A stretch of DNA of 60,663 nucleotides from Deltaproteobacteria bacterium (GCA_016183025.1 JACPFL010000027.1:1-60663); one strand, 5' to 3'; positions 42,668-51,276 are shown, counted from the stretch's first letter. Program-made: numbers and translations. Notes: generated by a model not told the origin, from the letters alone.

Positions 42668-42695
42668 TTGACACGTCAGCCGTTGCGTGTATAAT
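42668..42695 (+). promoter_or_regulatory. Consensus sigma70 promoter for the phosphate-porin gene
   Basis: TTGACA (42668-42673), a 16-nt spacer, then TATAAT (42690-42695). A leader of about 105 nt follows, with GGGAGG before ATG 42805. Confidence 0.5.
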
Positions 42696-42804
42696 TGGCG
42701 AAAAAGACGTTTCCCATAACGCCGTTTCAAGAAGCGGAACGCAGGGCAGGCGGGCAGACCAGAGGGGTGCGCAGGGAGGAGGCACGGTGCACAGGGAGGT
42801 GAGC

Positions 42805-44175
42805 ATGCGCAGGCTTCTGGCAGTAGGGATCGTGGTGGCCGCGGTGCTCTGGGCCTCGCCCGGGCGCCCGCAGCAGGAGGTGATCGACCGGCTCCAGCAA
42901 CAGCTCCAGCAGCTCCAGGAGCAGCAGCAGCGCCTGCAGCAGCAGCTGGACGAGGTGCGCCGGCAGCAGGAGACGCAGCGGCAGCAGCAGGATCAGCTCC
43001 GGCAGAAGCAGGAGGAGGCGGCCAAGGCCCCGCTGCTGGCCGGCTGGGACCGGGCGCCCTTCGTCCGGACGGCTGACGATCGGTTCCGCCTCGGGATCAC
43101 CGGCCGCGCGGACGTCAACACGGCCCTTTTCCTGGCGGACACCACCCAGAGGTCGCAGCTCTGGATCCGCCGCTTCCGGCTCGGCTTCGAGGGGCACGTC
43201 TACAAGAACATCGAGTACACCTTCGAGATCCAGGCGGACGCCCGGCTGGGCAGCGTCACCGGTGAGGTGGAGCTCCGGTACTTCTACGTGGACCTCATGT
43301 ACTTCAAGGACTGGGGGGTGCCGCGGGTCGGGCAGTTCAAGATGCCCTTCAGCCTGGAGCAGATGACCGGCAGCTCCTCCATCGAGACCGTGGAGCGCTC
43401 CATCGTCACCGACGAGATCCCGCCCGGGCGGGACCTCGGGATCGGGGTCTTCGGCGAGAACCTCTTCGGCTTCTTCAATTACGGGGTCGCGGTCTTCCAG
43501 GGTGAGGGGGACAACGCGAGCGAGTCCGACGGTGGCAAGGACTTCTCCACCCGGATCTTCGTCCGGCCCATCAAGGGGCTGCACCTCGGCGGCTCTTACC
43601 GGGCCGGGGTGCACAACGCGAGCGGGCACCGGATGCGCCTGCGCACGCCGACCGGCTTCGAGTTCTTCCGGCGGGACACGCGGGGGCTACTCGAGTCCTG
43701 GGGGCTGGAGGGGAAGGTCGAGTGGCGGGGCGCCAAGCTCCAGTCCGAGTTCAGCCGCCGGACGGACGAGCGGATCAACGTGCTCAGCACCGGGACGGCG
43801 AACGCGTCGGACGTGGTCACCGAGGGGTGGTACGTCCAGCTCTCCTACATGCTCTGGGGTGACCGCACCCGGGGCGGGCTGGAGCCGGTCCTGAAGCTGG
43901 AGCGGGTCCGGGCAGACAACAAGGACGACGTCTCGGCCGGCTTCAGCTCCTCGGACGCCCTGCGGGCCAACTTCCCGGACACCCGGGCGCAGATCTGGCA
44001 TCTCGGCCTGAACTACTGGCTCGGCCGGCACGCGCGCGTCCAGCTCTTCTGGCTCAACCAGCAGCTCCACAACGCCCAGGACCGCAACGGCGCCTTCCTC
44101 TCCACCCGGGACAACGGCCGGACCAACGTGACGGACAACGTCATCTTGACCCGCTTCACCATCAAGTTCCCCTAG
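42805..44175 (+). CDS. Phosphate-selective porin O/P family outer-membrane protein with an N-terminal Gln-rich coiled coil
   Basis: I preferred ATG 42805 (MRRLLAVGIVVAAVLWA is the signal peptide). FRLGITGRADV..., IRRFRLGFEGHVYKNIEYTFE, VGQFKMPFSLE, and the C-terminal ...LTRFTIKF fit the Porin_O_P pattern. Confidence 0.85.
   Translation: MRRLLAVGIVVAAVLWASPGRPQQEVIDRLQQQLQQLQEQQQRLQQQLDEVRRQQETQRQQQDQLRQKQEEAAKAPLLAGWDRAPFVRTADDRFRLGITGRADVNTALFLADTTQRSQLWIRRFRLGFEGHVYKNIEYTFEIQADARLGSVTGEVELRYFYVDLMYFKDWGVPRVGQFKMPFSLEQMTGSSSIETVERSIVTDEIPPGRDLGIGVFGENLFGFFNYGVAVFQGEGDNASESDGGKDFSTRIFVRPIKGLHLGGSYRAGVHNASGHRMRLRTPTGFEFFRRDTRGLLESWGLEGKVEWRGAKLQSEFSRRTDERINVLSTGTANASDVVTEGWYVQLSYMLWGDRTRGGLEPVLKLERVRADNKDDVSAGFSSSDALRANFPDTRAQIWHLGLNYWLGRHARVQLFWLNQQLHNAQDRNGAFLSTRDNGRTNVTDNVILTRFTIKFP
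42871..43020 (+). repeat. CAG/CAGCAG-rich low-complexity tract encoding the Gln-rich coiled coil of the porin
   Basis: The tract encodes QQEVIDRLQQQLQQLQEQQQRLQQQLDEVRRQQETQRQQQDQLRQKQEE. The DNA consists of runs of CAGCAG/CAGCTC units. Confidence 0.7.
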
Positions 44176-44192
44176 TAGCCTGAAGTGGCCTG

Positions 44193-44223
44193 CCCGGGGG
44201 CGGCATGCTGCCGCCTCCGGGGG
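44193..44223. terminator. GC-rich hairpin in the convergent gap between the porin and radical-SAM genes (possible bidirectional terminator)
   Basis: CCCGGGGGCGGCA-tgc-TGCCGCCTCCGGGGG gives about 12 bp with two single-nt bulges. No clear U-tract is present on either strand. Confidence 0.3.
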
Positions 44224-44344
44224 CCGTGCGCCTTTCCCACCGTCCCAGGGGCGACGCCAGGCGCGGTCACCGGGCAAAACAGCCCGGATGACGATCCCGC
44301 CACCTTCGCCGCGGTGCGCCCGCGGCGGTCCTGTTCGGGCAGAC

Positions 44345-46051
44345 CTATTCGCTGCGCGGGATGATCTGGAGGGCCTGGGGGTAGCCGAAGAGCTGCCGGA
44401 GGGCCAGCGCGGCCTCCTCGTCCAGGTGCAGCAGGGTCAGGGTGCGCCCCTGGGCGGCCAGTTTCTCCAGGGTGCGGCGGACCTTGGCCCCGAGGGCCTG
44501 GACCGCCTCGGTCGGGATCTCGACGTCACGCAGGTTCAGCTCGATGGACATCCGGGCCTTGGTCGCGGTCTCGTGGACCTTTTCCCACAGCTCGTGCAGG
44601 GCGATGTGGTCCAGCGTCCCCTCCAGCTGGATGGCCGCGGTCTCCCCGAGCCGGCCGACCTTGACCTTCAGGGCCGAGAGCAGCTCCATCCCGTGCGTCC
44701 CGAGGGCGCGCTCCCATCCGCCCCGGAAGATCCGGGCCAGCGGGGTCAGGCTCCCCCGGGGGATCCGGTGGGCCATCTGCCGGTGGACCAGGTTCGACGC
44801 CAGCCGGGCCAGGATCCGTCGTTCCGTCGGCAGCACGCGCCGGCCGATGTTGCGGAAGTTGTAAAAGTGACGGTACGTCCAGCACCACCCCTCGTAGAGG
44901 GCTTCGACGGAGAGCCGCTTGTGCCGGAAGACCACGTGCTTGCCGTCGTAGTGCGACCAGTCGAAGTCGAAGATCTGCTCGCGCATCTCGTGGAAGATCT
45001 TCGTGGTGGGCAGCGGGACCAGGATGGAGAAGAGCGCCAGCTCGATCCGGGTCCGCACCAGGAACTCCAGGGTCCGCTCGAATACCCCCTCGTCGTCCTC
45101 GGGCAGGCCGAAGATCATGCCGGTGTTGACCATGATCTCGTGGTCGTGGAAGGCCTGGATCTGGTCGATGAAGCTGCCGACCTTGTTGAAGGACTTCCGG
45201 ACCTGCATGAGGTTTTCCTGAGAGATGGTCTCCAGCCCCACGAACATGGCCACGCAGTTGCTCCGCCGGGCCAGGTCCAGCAGCTCCTTGTCGTTCGCCA
45301 GGTTCAGGGTGCACTGGCTCCCCCAGGGGAGCGTGATCCCCTCGTCGATCATGGCCTGCATCAGCGCCTTCGTCTCGCGCCGGTTCCCCGCCATGTTGTC
45401 GCTGCAGATGAAGACCCAGGCGTTCTTCCCCTCCGTCTCCTGGATCTGCTTCAGCTCGGCGACGATCTCCGGGATGGGGCGCCAGCGGAAGCTCCGCCCG
45501 AAGAAGCTGGTGACGTCACAGTAGGAGCAGTCGTGGGGGCAGCCCCGGGTGGTCTCGACGGAGAAGCGGGTGAAGTAGAGGTTCTTCGGGATGAGGTCCC
45601 GGCGGGGGGGCGGCAGCCCCACGAGGCTCGGGAAGCCCTGCTGGTGGTAGCGCCGCTTGAGCGTCCCCTGCTGGACGTCCTGGAGCAGCCCCGGCCAGAT
45701 CCCCTCGGCCTCACCCAGCACCAGGGCATCGGCATGCGGCTGGGCCTCATCCGGGAGCCCGGTCACGTGGTAGCCGCCCATCACCACCGGGACCCCGCGG
45801 GCCCGGAAGTGGGCGGACAGCTCGTAGGCCCTGGGCGCCTGATAGGTCATGGGAGAGAGCCCGACCAGATCGAAGTCCTCATCGAGGGGGGTCTGCTGGA
45901 CCACCTCGTCGATGCAGACGACCTCGTGCTCGGGCGGGGTCATGGCCGCGAGCTGGACGATGCTGTTGCGCGGGAACCAGAAGCGCCTGGCGTCCTTCGG
46001 GGTGAACCGGAAGCTGCTCTTGGACTCCGGGCAGATCAGCAGGATCTTCAT
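44345..46051 (-). CDS. B12-binding-domain radical SAM protein with a C-terminal STAS-like extension
   Basis: I preferred ATG 46051 (MKILLICPE; GGAGAG 7 nt upstream) over the TTG at 46075. The B12-binding N-domain includes VVMGGYHVT. The radical SAM motif is ETTRGCPHDCSYCDV, and the DUF4070-like region includes WSHYDGKHVVF.... The last ~115 aa are discussed in the findings. Confidence 0.85.
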   Translation of the reverse strand: MKILLICPESKSSFRFTPKDARRFWFPRNSIVQLAAMTPPEHEVVCIDEVVQQTPLDEDFDLVGLSPMTYQAPRAYELSAHFRARGVPVVMGGYHVTGLPDEAQPHADALVLGEAEGIWPGLLQDVQQGTLKRRYHQQGFPSLVGLPPPRRDLIPKNLYFTRFSVETTRGCPHDCSYCDVTSFFGRSFRWRPIPEIVAELKQIQETEGKNAWVFICSDNMAGNRRETKALMQAMIDEGITLPWGSQCTLNLANDKELLDLARRSNCVAMFVGLETISQENLMQVRKSFNKVGSFIDQIQAFHDHEIMVNTGMIFGLPEDDEGVFERTLEFLVRTRIELALFSILVPLPTTKIFHEMREQIFDFDWSHYDGKHVVFRHKRLSVEALYEGWCWTYRHFYNFRNIGRRVLPTERRILARLASNLVHRQMAHRIPRGSLTPLARIFRGGWERALGTHGMELLSALKVKVGRLGETAAIQLEGTLDHIALHELWEKVHETATKARMSIELNLRDVEIPTEAVQALGAKVRRTLEKLAAQGRTLTLLHLDEEAALALRQLFGYPQALQIIPRSE

Positions 46052-46100
46052 CGTCGCTCTCCACGCCTCGGCCAAGCCCCATTCCTAGAGGGTTCATGCG

Positions 46101-46129
46101 ATGTTAGCAGACGGCCTGGTGGTGTCAAG
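46101..46129 (-). promoter_or_regulatory. sigma70-like promoter candidate for the radical SAM gene
   Basis: On the minus strand: TTGACA (46129-46124), a 17-nt spacer, then TAACAT (46106-46101). This lies about 45 nt upstream of ATG 46051. Confidence 0.4.
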
Positions 46130-46195
46130 GGGAATCTCCGAACAGTTCTTCACGTGTCTCTCCGGCGACGACCTGCCGCGGGGCCGAAGTAAGAT

Positions 46196-46225
46196 TTGAC
46201 GGGACGGCCACCGCGGTCGCACAAT
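46196..46225 (+). promoter_or_regulatory. Weak sigma70-like promoter candidate for the TauE/TSUP gene
   Basis: TTGACG (46196-46201), an 18-nt spacer, then CACAAT (46220-46225). Confidence 0.25.
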
Positions 46226-46273
46226 ACGGCGATCCGATGGCCGTGATGTCCTCTCGTCTAGCGCGGCGGTGAG

Positions 46274-47095
46274 ATGCCCGCCATGCCCCAGTGGCTCCTG
46301 TTGCTCCCGCTTGGACTCCTCGTCGGCGGGTATGGCGCTCTCGTCGGCGCCGGGGGCGGGTTCGTGCTGATGCCGATCCTGCTGCTCCTCTACCCCCACG
46401 AGAGCGCGCGGGTGCTGACGTCGATCTCCCTGGCGGTCTCCTTCTGCAGCGCGCTGTCCGGGACCGGCGTCTACGCCTGGCTCCGCCGGATCGACCTCAG
46501 GAGCGGCCTGCTCCTCGGCGTGGCCACGGTGCCCGGGGCCGCCCTGGGAGCCCTGGCCTCGCACAGGGTCCCGCGGGGACCCTTTGATGTCGCCTTCGGG
46601 CTGCTGCTCCTTGGGCTCTGCCTGGTGCTGCTGCGACCCCCCACGCCGGGTGGACTGATCCTCTGGCGGGGTGGGGTGCAGGTCAGCCGGGAGCTCGTGG
46701 ACCGCGAGGGGCGCGCTCACCGCTACTCCTTCGCGCTGCTCCCGGGCCTCCTGCTGAGCCTGGGGGTCGGGTTCGTGGCGAGCCTGATGGGGATCAGCGG
46801 AGGTCCCATCCAGGTCCCGCTCCTCGTCGTGGTGCTGGGCTTCCCCGTGCCGGTCGCCACGGCCACCTCCCTCTTCATCTCCTCGATCATCACCGCCGTG
46901 GGCACGACCACCCACCTGCTGGTCGGGGACTTCGTGGGGGCGGCCACGCGGACGCTCCTGCTCGGCATCGGCATGATCACCGGGGCGCAGGTCGGCGCCC
47001 GCCTCTCGGAACGGGTGCGCCCGCGCCTGGTCCTCCGCCTGCTGGCCCTGGCCCTTGCCCTGTTGGGCGCCCGGCTCATCGTTGGGGCCTTCTGA
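46274..47095 (+). CDS. TauE/SafE (TSUP) family anion-exporter-like membrane protein
   Basis: The 273-aa hydrophobic protein contains two copies of the family's G-x-G-G-G context (GALVGAGGGFVLMPILL and SLMGISGGPIQVPLLVVV). Confidence 0.85.
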   Translation: MPAMPQWLLLLPLGLLVGGYGALVGAGGGFVLMPILLLLYPHESARVLTSISLAVSFCSALSGTGVYAWLRRIDLRSGLLLGVATVPGAALGALASHRVPRGPFDVAFGLLLLGLCLVLLRPPTPGGLILWRGGVQVSRELVDREGRAHRYSFALLPGLLLSLGVGFVASLMGISGGPIQVPLLVVVLGFPVPVATATSLFISSIITAVGTTTHLLVGDFVGAATRTLLLGIGMITGAQVGARLSERVRPRLVLRLLALALALLGARLIVGAF

Positions 47096-47116
47096 GGCCT
47101 CGAGGCCACCGAGACC

Positions 47117-47144
47117 TTGACTTTCCTCCCCCTGACGGTAAGAT
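47117..47144 (+). promoter_or_regulatory. sigma70-like promoter candidate for the serC-like/serA/hisZ/purA chain
   Basis: TTGACT (47117-47122), a 16-nt spacer, then TAAGAT (47139-47144). It is preceded by the 12-nt palindrome GGCCTCGAGGCC (47096-47107). Confidence 0.4.
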
Positions 47145-47228
47145 GGCCTGTGGTTGCAACTCCGCTATTTTCTTGAGCTTCCGCCGCGCGCACCGATCGA
47201 GGGTCGGAAGGAAGGATCCAGGCGGCGC

Positions 47229-48365
47229 ATGTCGAAACGTTACCTGTTCGCGCCGGGCCCCACCCCCGTCCCCGAGGAGATCCTCCTCGCCATGGCCCGG
47301 CCCCTCATCCATCACCGCACGCCGGAGTTCGAGCAGCTGATGGCCGAGGTGCGGGAAGGGCTGTGCTACGTCTTCCAGACCAGCGGCGAGGTCCTGGTCT
47401 TCTGTGCCTCGGGGAGCGGGGCGATGGAGGCGGCGGTCACCAACATCCTCTGTGCAGGGGACAGCGCCCTCGTAGTCCAGGGGGGGAAGTTTGGCGAACG
47501 CTGGGCCGAGATCTGCCGGGCGTATGGCGTCCGCGTGCACCTGCTCGAGGTCCCCTGGGGGGAGCCGGTGGAGCCCGAGCTGGTGGCGCGCGCCCTGGAG
47601 GCAGAGCCGGGGATCCGGGCCGTGCTGGTGCAGGCCAGCGAGACCTCCACTGGCGTCATGCACCCCGTCCGCGCCCTCGGGGAGATCGTCCGCCGCTACC
47701 CGGACACCCTCCTCGTCGTGGATGCCATCAGCGCCCTGGGCGCGGTTGAGCTCCCCGTGGACCGCTGGGGGCTCGATGTCGTGGTGGCGGGCTCGCAGAA
47801 AGGACTCATGCTCCCGCCGGGGCTGGGATTCGCCAGCGTGAGCGAGAAGGCGTGGCGCGCGGTCGGCCGGGCGACCCTGCCTCACTACTACTTTGACTTC
47901 GCCGAGGAGGCCAAGGCCCTCCGCCAGAACACGGCCCGCTTCACCCCCGCCATCTCCCTGGTGGTGGGGCTGCGCGACGCCCTGGAGCGGCTCCGGGCGG
48001 AGGGGCTCGACCAGATCTTCGCCCGGCACGCTCGGCTCGCCGAGGCGACCCGACAGGCGGTGCGGGCTCTGGGGCTCGAGCTCTACGCGCGGCGCTCCCC
48101 GAGTAACGCCCTGACCGCGGTGGCGATGCCCGAGGGGGTGGACGGCAGCAAGGTCGAGCAGGTGCTGTCGGGCAAGTACGGGATCACCGTGGCCGGGGGG
48201 CAGGACCGGGCTCGCGGCCGGATCATCCGGATCGCGCACCTGGGGTATGCCGACCGCTTCGACGTGATCACGGCGATCGCCGCCCTGGAGATGACCCTGA
48301 ACGACCTGGGCTGCCGGGTGGAGCTCGGCCGGGGCGTGCGGACCGCGATGGAGCTGCTCCAGTGA
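47229..48365 (+). CDS. Class V aminotransferase (serine-glyoxylate/alanine-glyoxylate type); probably serves as phosphoserine aminotransferase given coupling to serA
   Basis: I trimmed the track ORF to ATG 47229 (MSKRYLFAPGPTPVPEEIL). SGSGAMEAAV, VVDAISALG and SQKGLMLPPGLG (PLP-Lys context) are present. The stop overlaps the serA start. Confidence 0.8.
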   Translation: MSKRYLFAPGPTPVPEEILLAMARPLIHHRTPEFEQLMAEVREGLCYVFQTSGEVLVFCASGSGAMEAAVTNILCAGDSALVVQGGKFGERWAEICRAYGVRVHLLEVPWGEPVEPELVARALEAEPGIRAVLVQASETSTGVMHPVRALGEIVRRYPDTLLVVDAISALGAVELPVDRWGLDVVVAGSQKGLMLPPGLGFASVSEKAWRAVGRATLPHYYFDFAEEAKALRQNTARFTPAISLVVGLRDALERLRAEGLDQIFARHARLAEATRQAVRALGLELYARRSPSNALTAVAMPEGVDGSKVEQVLSGKYGITVAGGQDRARGRIIRIAHLGYADRFDVITAIAALEMTLNDLGCRVELGRGVRTAMELLQ

Positions 48366-49945
48366 AAGTCGTGGCCACGGACGGTCTCGCGCGCGAGGGG
48401 ATCGAGCTCCTGCAGAAGGCGCCCGGGCTCGAGGTGGAGGCGCGCCCGCGCTTCGGTGAGGCGCAGCTCCGGCGGGCCCTGCGGGCCGCCGAGGCCCTGA
48501 TCGTCCGGAGCGCCACCCGGGTCACCGCGGAGCTCCTGGAGGCGGCGCCCCGGCTCCGGGTGATCGGGCGGGCCGGCATCGGCTACGACAACATCGACAC
48601 GCAGGCCGCCACCCGCCGGGGGGTCGTCGTGATGAACACCCCGGCCGGGAGCCACGTCACCACCGCCGAGCACACCCTCTCCCTCATGATGGCCCTGGCC
48701 CGCAGGATCCCCCAGGCGACGGCCTCCATCAAGGCGGGGCGCTGGGAACGCCAGCGCTTCGTCGGGATGGAGCTGCAGGGGAAGACCCTGGGGCTCATCG
48801 GCCTGGGGAACGTGGGGACCGCGGTGGCGGAGCGAGCCAAGGCCCTGAAGATGGAGGTCCTGGCCTACGACCCGTACATCACCGAGGAGCGCGCGGCCAA
48901 GCTCGGCGTGGAGCTGGTCGGCCTGGGCAGCCTGTACCGCCGGTCGCACATCATCTCGCTGCACACGCCGCTCACGAACGAGACCCGGGGGCTCCTGGAC
49001 GCCCGGGCCTTCCGCAAGATGCGCCGGGGGGTGCTCATCATCAACTGCGCCCGCGGCGGGCTGATCGTGGAGCGGGACCTGCTGCGGGCCATCGAGCGCG
49101 GGCGCGTGGCGGGGGTCGCCCTGGACGTGTTCGAACAGGAGCCGCCCCCCCGGCAGGACCCGCTGGTCCAGCGCGAGGAGGTCATCGGCACCCCTCATCT
49201 GGGGGCCTCCACGCGCGAGGCCCAGGTGACGGTCTCGGTCGAGATCGCCCGGCAGGTGGTGGACTACCTGCTGTACGGGCTGATCCGCAACGCCGTGAAC
49301 GTCCCCAGCCTGAGCCCCGAGCTGTACCCGGTGCTCGAGCCCTACCTGCGCCTGGCCGAGAAGCTCGGGGAGTTCCAGGCCCAGCTCATCCCGGCGGCCC
49401 TGGACGAAGTGCAGGTGGAGTACAGCGGGGAGGTCTCGGAGTTCGAGGTCGCCCCGCTCACCGTCTCCCTGCTCAAGGGCCTCCTCTCGACGGCCATGCC
49501 GGGGAGCGTGAACTACGTGAACGCCCCGGTCATCGCCCGGGATCGGGGGATCCGGGTGGTGGAGTCCAAGAGCCGCACGGCTGCCGACTTCGCGAGCCTC
49601 GTCACGCTCCGCGTCCGAAGCCGGGAGGGCGAGAGCACGGTGGCGGGGACCATCTTCGGCCGGAAGGAGCCCCGCCTGGTCCGGATCGGCAGCTTCGAGC
49701 TCGAGGCGATCCCCGAAGGGCACCTCCTCGTCATCCAGAGCAACGATCGTCCCGGCGTCATCGGCCACATCGGCGCCGTCCTGGGCCGCAACGGGATCAA
49801 CATCGCCCAGATGCAGCTCGGCCGGAAGCGCGTGGGGGGCGAGGCCCTCTCCCTGATCCAGATCGACAGCCAGGCCGGCCCCGAGGTCATCGACCAACTC
49901 CTGCGCCTCCCGCACATCAACGCGGTCCGGCCCGTGGAGCTGTGA
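48362..49945 (+). CDS. serA: D-3-phosphoglycerate dehydrogenase (long form with C-terminal ASB/ACT domains)
   Basis: The 527-aa protein shows GKTLGLIGLGNVGTAVAERA (NAD fold), INCARGG, PHLGAST, and a C-terminal ACT region (LLVIQSNDRPGVIGHIGAVLG). GTG 48362 forms a GTGA overlap with the upstream stop. Confidence 0.9.
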   Translation: MKVVATDGLAREGIELLQKAPGLEVEARPRFGEAQLRRALRAAEALIVRSATRVTAELLEAAPRLRVIGRAGIGYDNIDTQAATRRGVVVMNTPAGSHVTTAEHTLSLMMALARRIPQATASIKAGRWERQRFVGMELQGKTLGLIGLGNVGTAVAERAKALKMEVLAYDPYITEERAAKLGVELVGLGSLYRRSHIISLHTPLTNETRGLLDARAFRKMRRGVLIINCARGGLIVERDLLRAIERGRVAGVALDVFEQEPPPRQDPLVQREEVIGTPHLGASTREAQVTVSVEIARQVVDYLLYGLIRNAVNVPSLSPELYPVLEPYLRLAEKLGEFQAQLIPAALDEVQVEYSGEVSEFEVAPLTVSLLKGLLSTAMPGSVNYVNAPVIARDRGIRVVESKSRTAADFASLVTLRVRSREGESTVAGTIFGRKEPRLVRIGSFELEAIPEGHLLVIQSNDRPGVIGHIGAVLGRNGINIAQMQLGRKRVGGEALSLIQIDSQAGPEVIDQLLRLPHINAVRPVEL

Positions 49946-51276
49946 GGCCGGGCCGGCCCCTCCCGCCGATGCTGCCCCGTGGATTCCAGGATCTCCTGCC
50001 GGAGCGCGCGGCCCGGCTCCGTCACGTCGAGACGCAGCTCCTCGCCGTCTTTGCCCGGTGGGGGTTCCACCCCGTCGTGCCCCCCTCCCTCGAGTACCTC
50101 GACGTGCTGACGGCAGCGGGCGGGCGGGGCCTCCAGGCCCAGATGTTCAAGTTCGCGGACCCGCTGGGGGGCCAGCTCCTGGCCGTGCGTCCGGACTTCA
50201 CGCCCCAGGTCGCCCGCATCGCCGCCACCCGCCTGCGGGAGTGGCCCAAGCCCCTGCGCCTCTGTTATGCGGGCCCGGTGGTCCGGGACGTGGAGGTCCA
50301 CGCGGCGCGCCCCCGGGAGATCTTCCAGGCCGGGTGCGAGCTGATCGGCCTGGAGCTTCCCGAGGCGGACGCGGAGATGATCGCCATTGTCCTCGAAGCG
50401 CTGCGGGGCCTGGGCCTGCAGGGATTCACGATCGACATCGGGCAGGTGGAGTTCCTGCGGGGGGCGTTCGAGGAGCTGCCGCTCCCGCCGGACGCGCGCC
50501 GGCTGGCGGAGCAGGCGGTGATGAAGAAGGACCGCTCCGCGCTGGAGGAGCTGGCGGCCACGCTCGACCTCACGCGGGCCCAGCGCGCCCTGCTGGTGTC
50601 GCTCCCGGGGCTCTACGGGGGGCCGGAGGTCCTGGATCGGGCCCGCCAACTCGCTGGCAACCCGCGCTCCCGCGCGGCGGTGGACAACCTCGAGCAGGTC
50701 GTGCGGATCCTGGAGATCTACGGCCTCGAGGGCGCCCTCACGCTGGACCTCGGGGAGCTCCGGGGGTTTGACTACTACACGGGGATCATTTTCGAAGGGT
50801 TCGTGAGCGGGGCCGGGGCGGCCCTGTGCGGCGGGGGCCGGTACGATCGCCTGCTGGAGCGCTACGGACCGCCGTCGCCGGCGACGGGGTTCGCCCTGGA
50901 CCTGGAGCGACTGCTCGACGCCCTGGAGCGGCAGGGCGCCCTCCAGCCGTTCGCCGGGAGTGACGTCCTGATCATCAACCTGAGGCCTGGTAAGGAGGAG
51001 GCGCTCAGCCTGGCCCGGCAGCTCCGGGCCCAGGGGTTCGCCGTGGCCCGCGACATCATCAAGCGGAGTGTTCAGGAGTCCATCGAGTACGCGGCCCGCT
51101 GGCGGATTCCCCGCGTGCTCGTGCTGGGGCTCGAGGGCGTGCCTGAGGACGAGGTGGTGCTCTTCCACACGGGGGAGCAGGGGCAACGCCGGGTCCGGCT
51201 GGCCGACATCTTCCGGGAGGCGGAGGCATGGCGGCGCTCGGGCGGAGGCGAAGGACGATGGCCAACGTCGTCGTAG
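49942..51276 (+). CDS. hisZ: ATP phosphoribosyltransferase regulatory subunit (HisRS-like)
   Basis: LPRGFQDLLPERA..., MFKFADPLGGQLLAVRPDFTPQVARI, REIFQAGCELIG, and GFDYYTGIIFEG...GGGRYD are class-II aaRS-like motifs without an anticodon-binding role. The start is GTG 49942 (GTGA overlap) or ATG 49969. Confidence 0.85.
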   Translation: MRPGRPLPPMLPRGFQDLLPERAARLRHVETQLLAVFARWGFHPVVPPSLEYLDVLTAAGGRGLQAQMFKFADPLGGQLLAVRPDFTPQVARIAATRLREWPKPLRLCYAGPVVRDVEVHAARPREIFQAGCELIGLELPEADAEMIAIVLEALRGLGLQGFTIDIGQVEFLRGAFEELPLPPDARRLAEQAVMKKDRSALEELAATLDLTRAQRALLVSLPGLYGGPEVLDRARQLAGNPRSRAAVDNLEQVVRILEIYGLEGALTLDLGELRGFDYYTGIIFEGFVSGAGAALCGGGRYDRLLERYGPPSPATGFALDLERLLDALERQGALQPFAGSDVLIINLRPGKEEALSLARQLRAQGFAVARDIIKRSVQESIEYAARWRIPRVLVLGLEGVPEDEVVLFHTGEQGQRRVRLADIFREAEAWRRSGGGEGRWPTSS

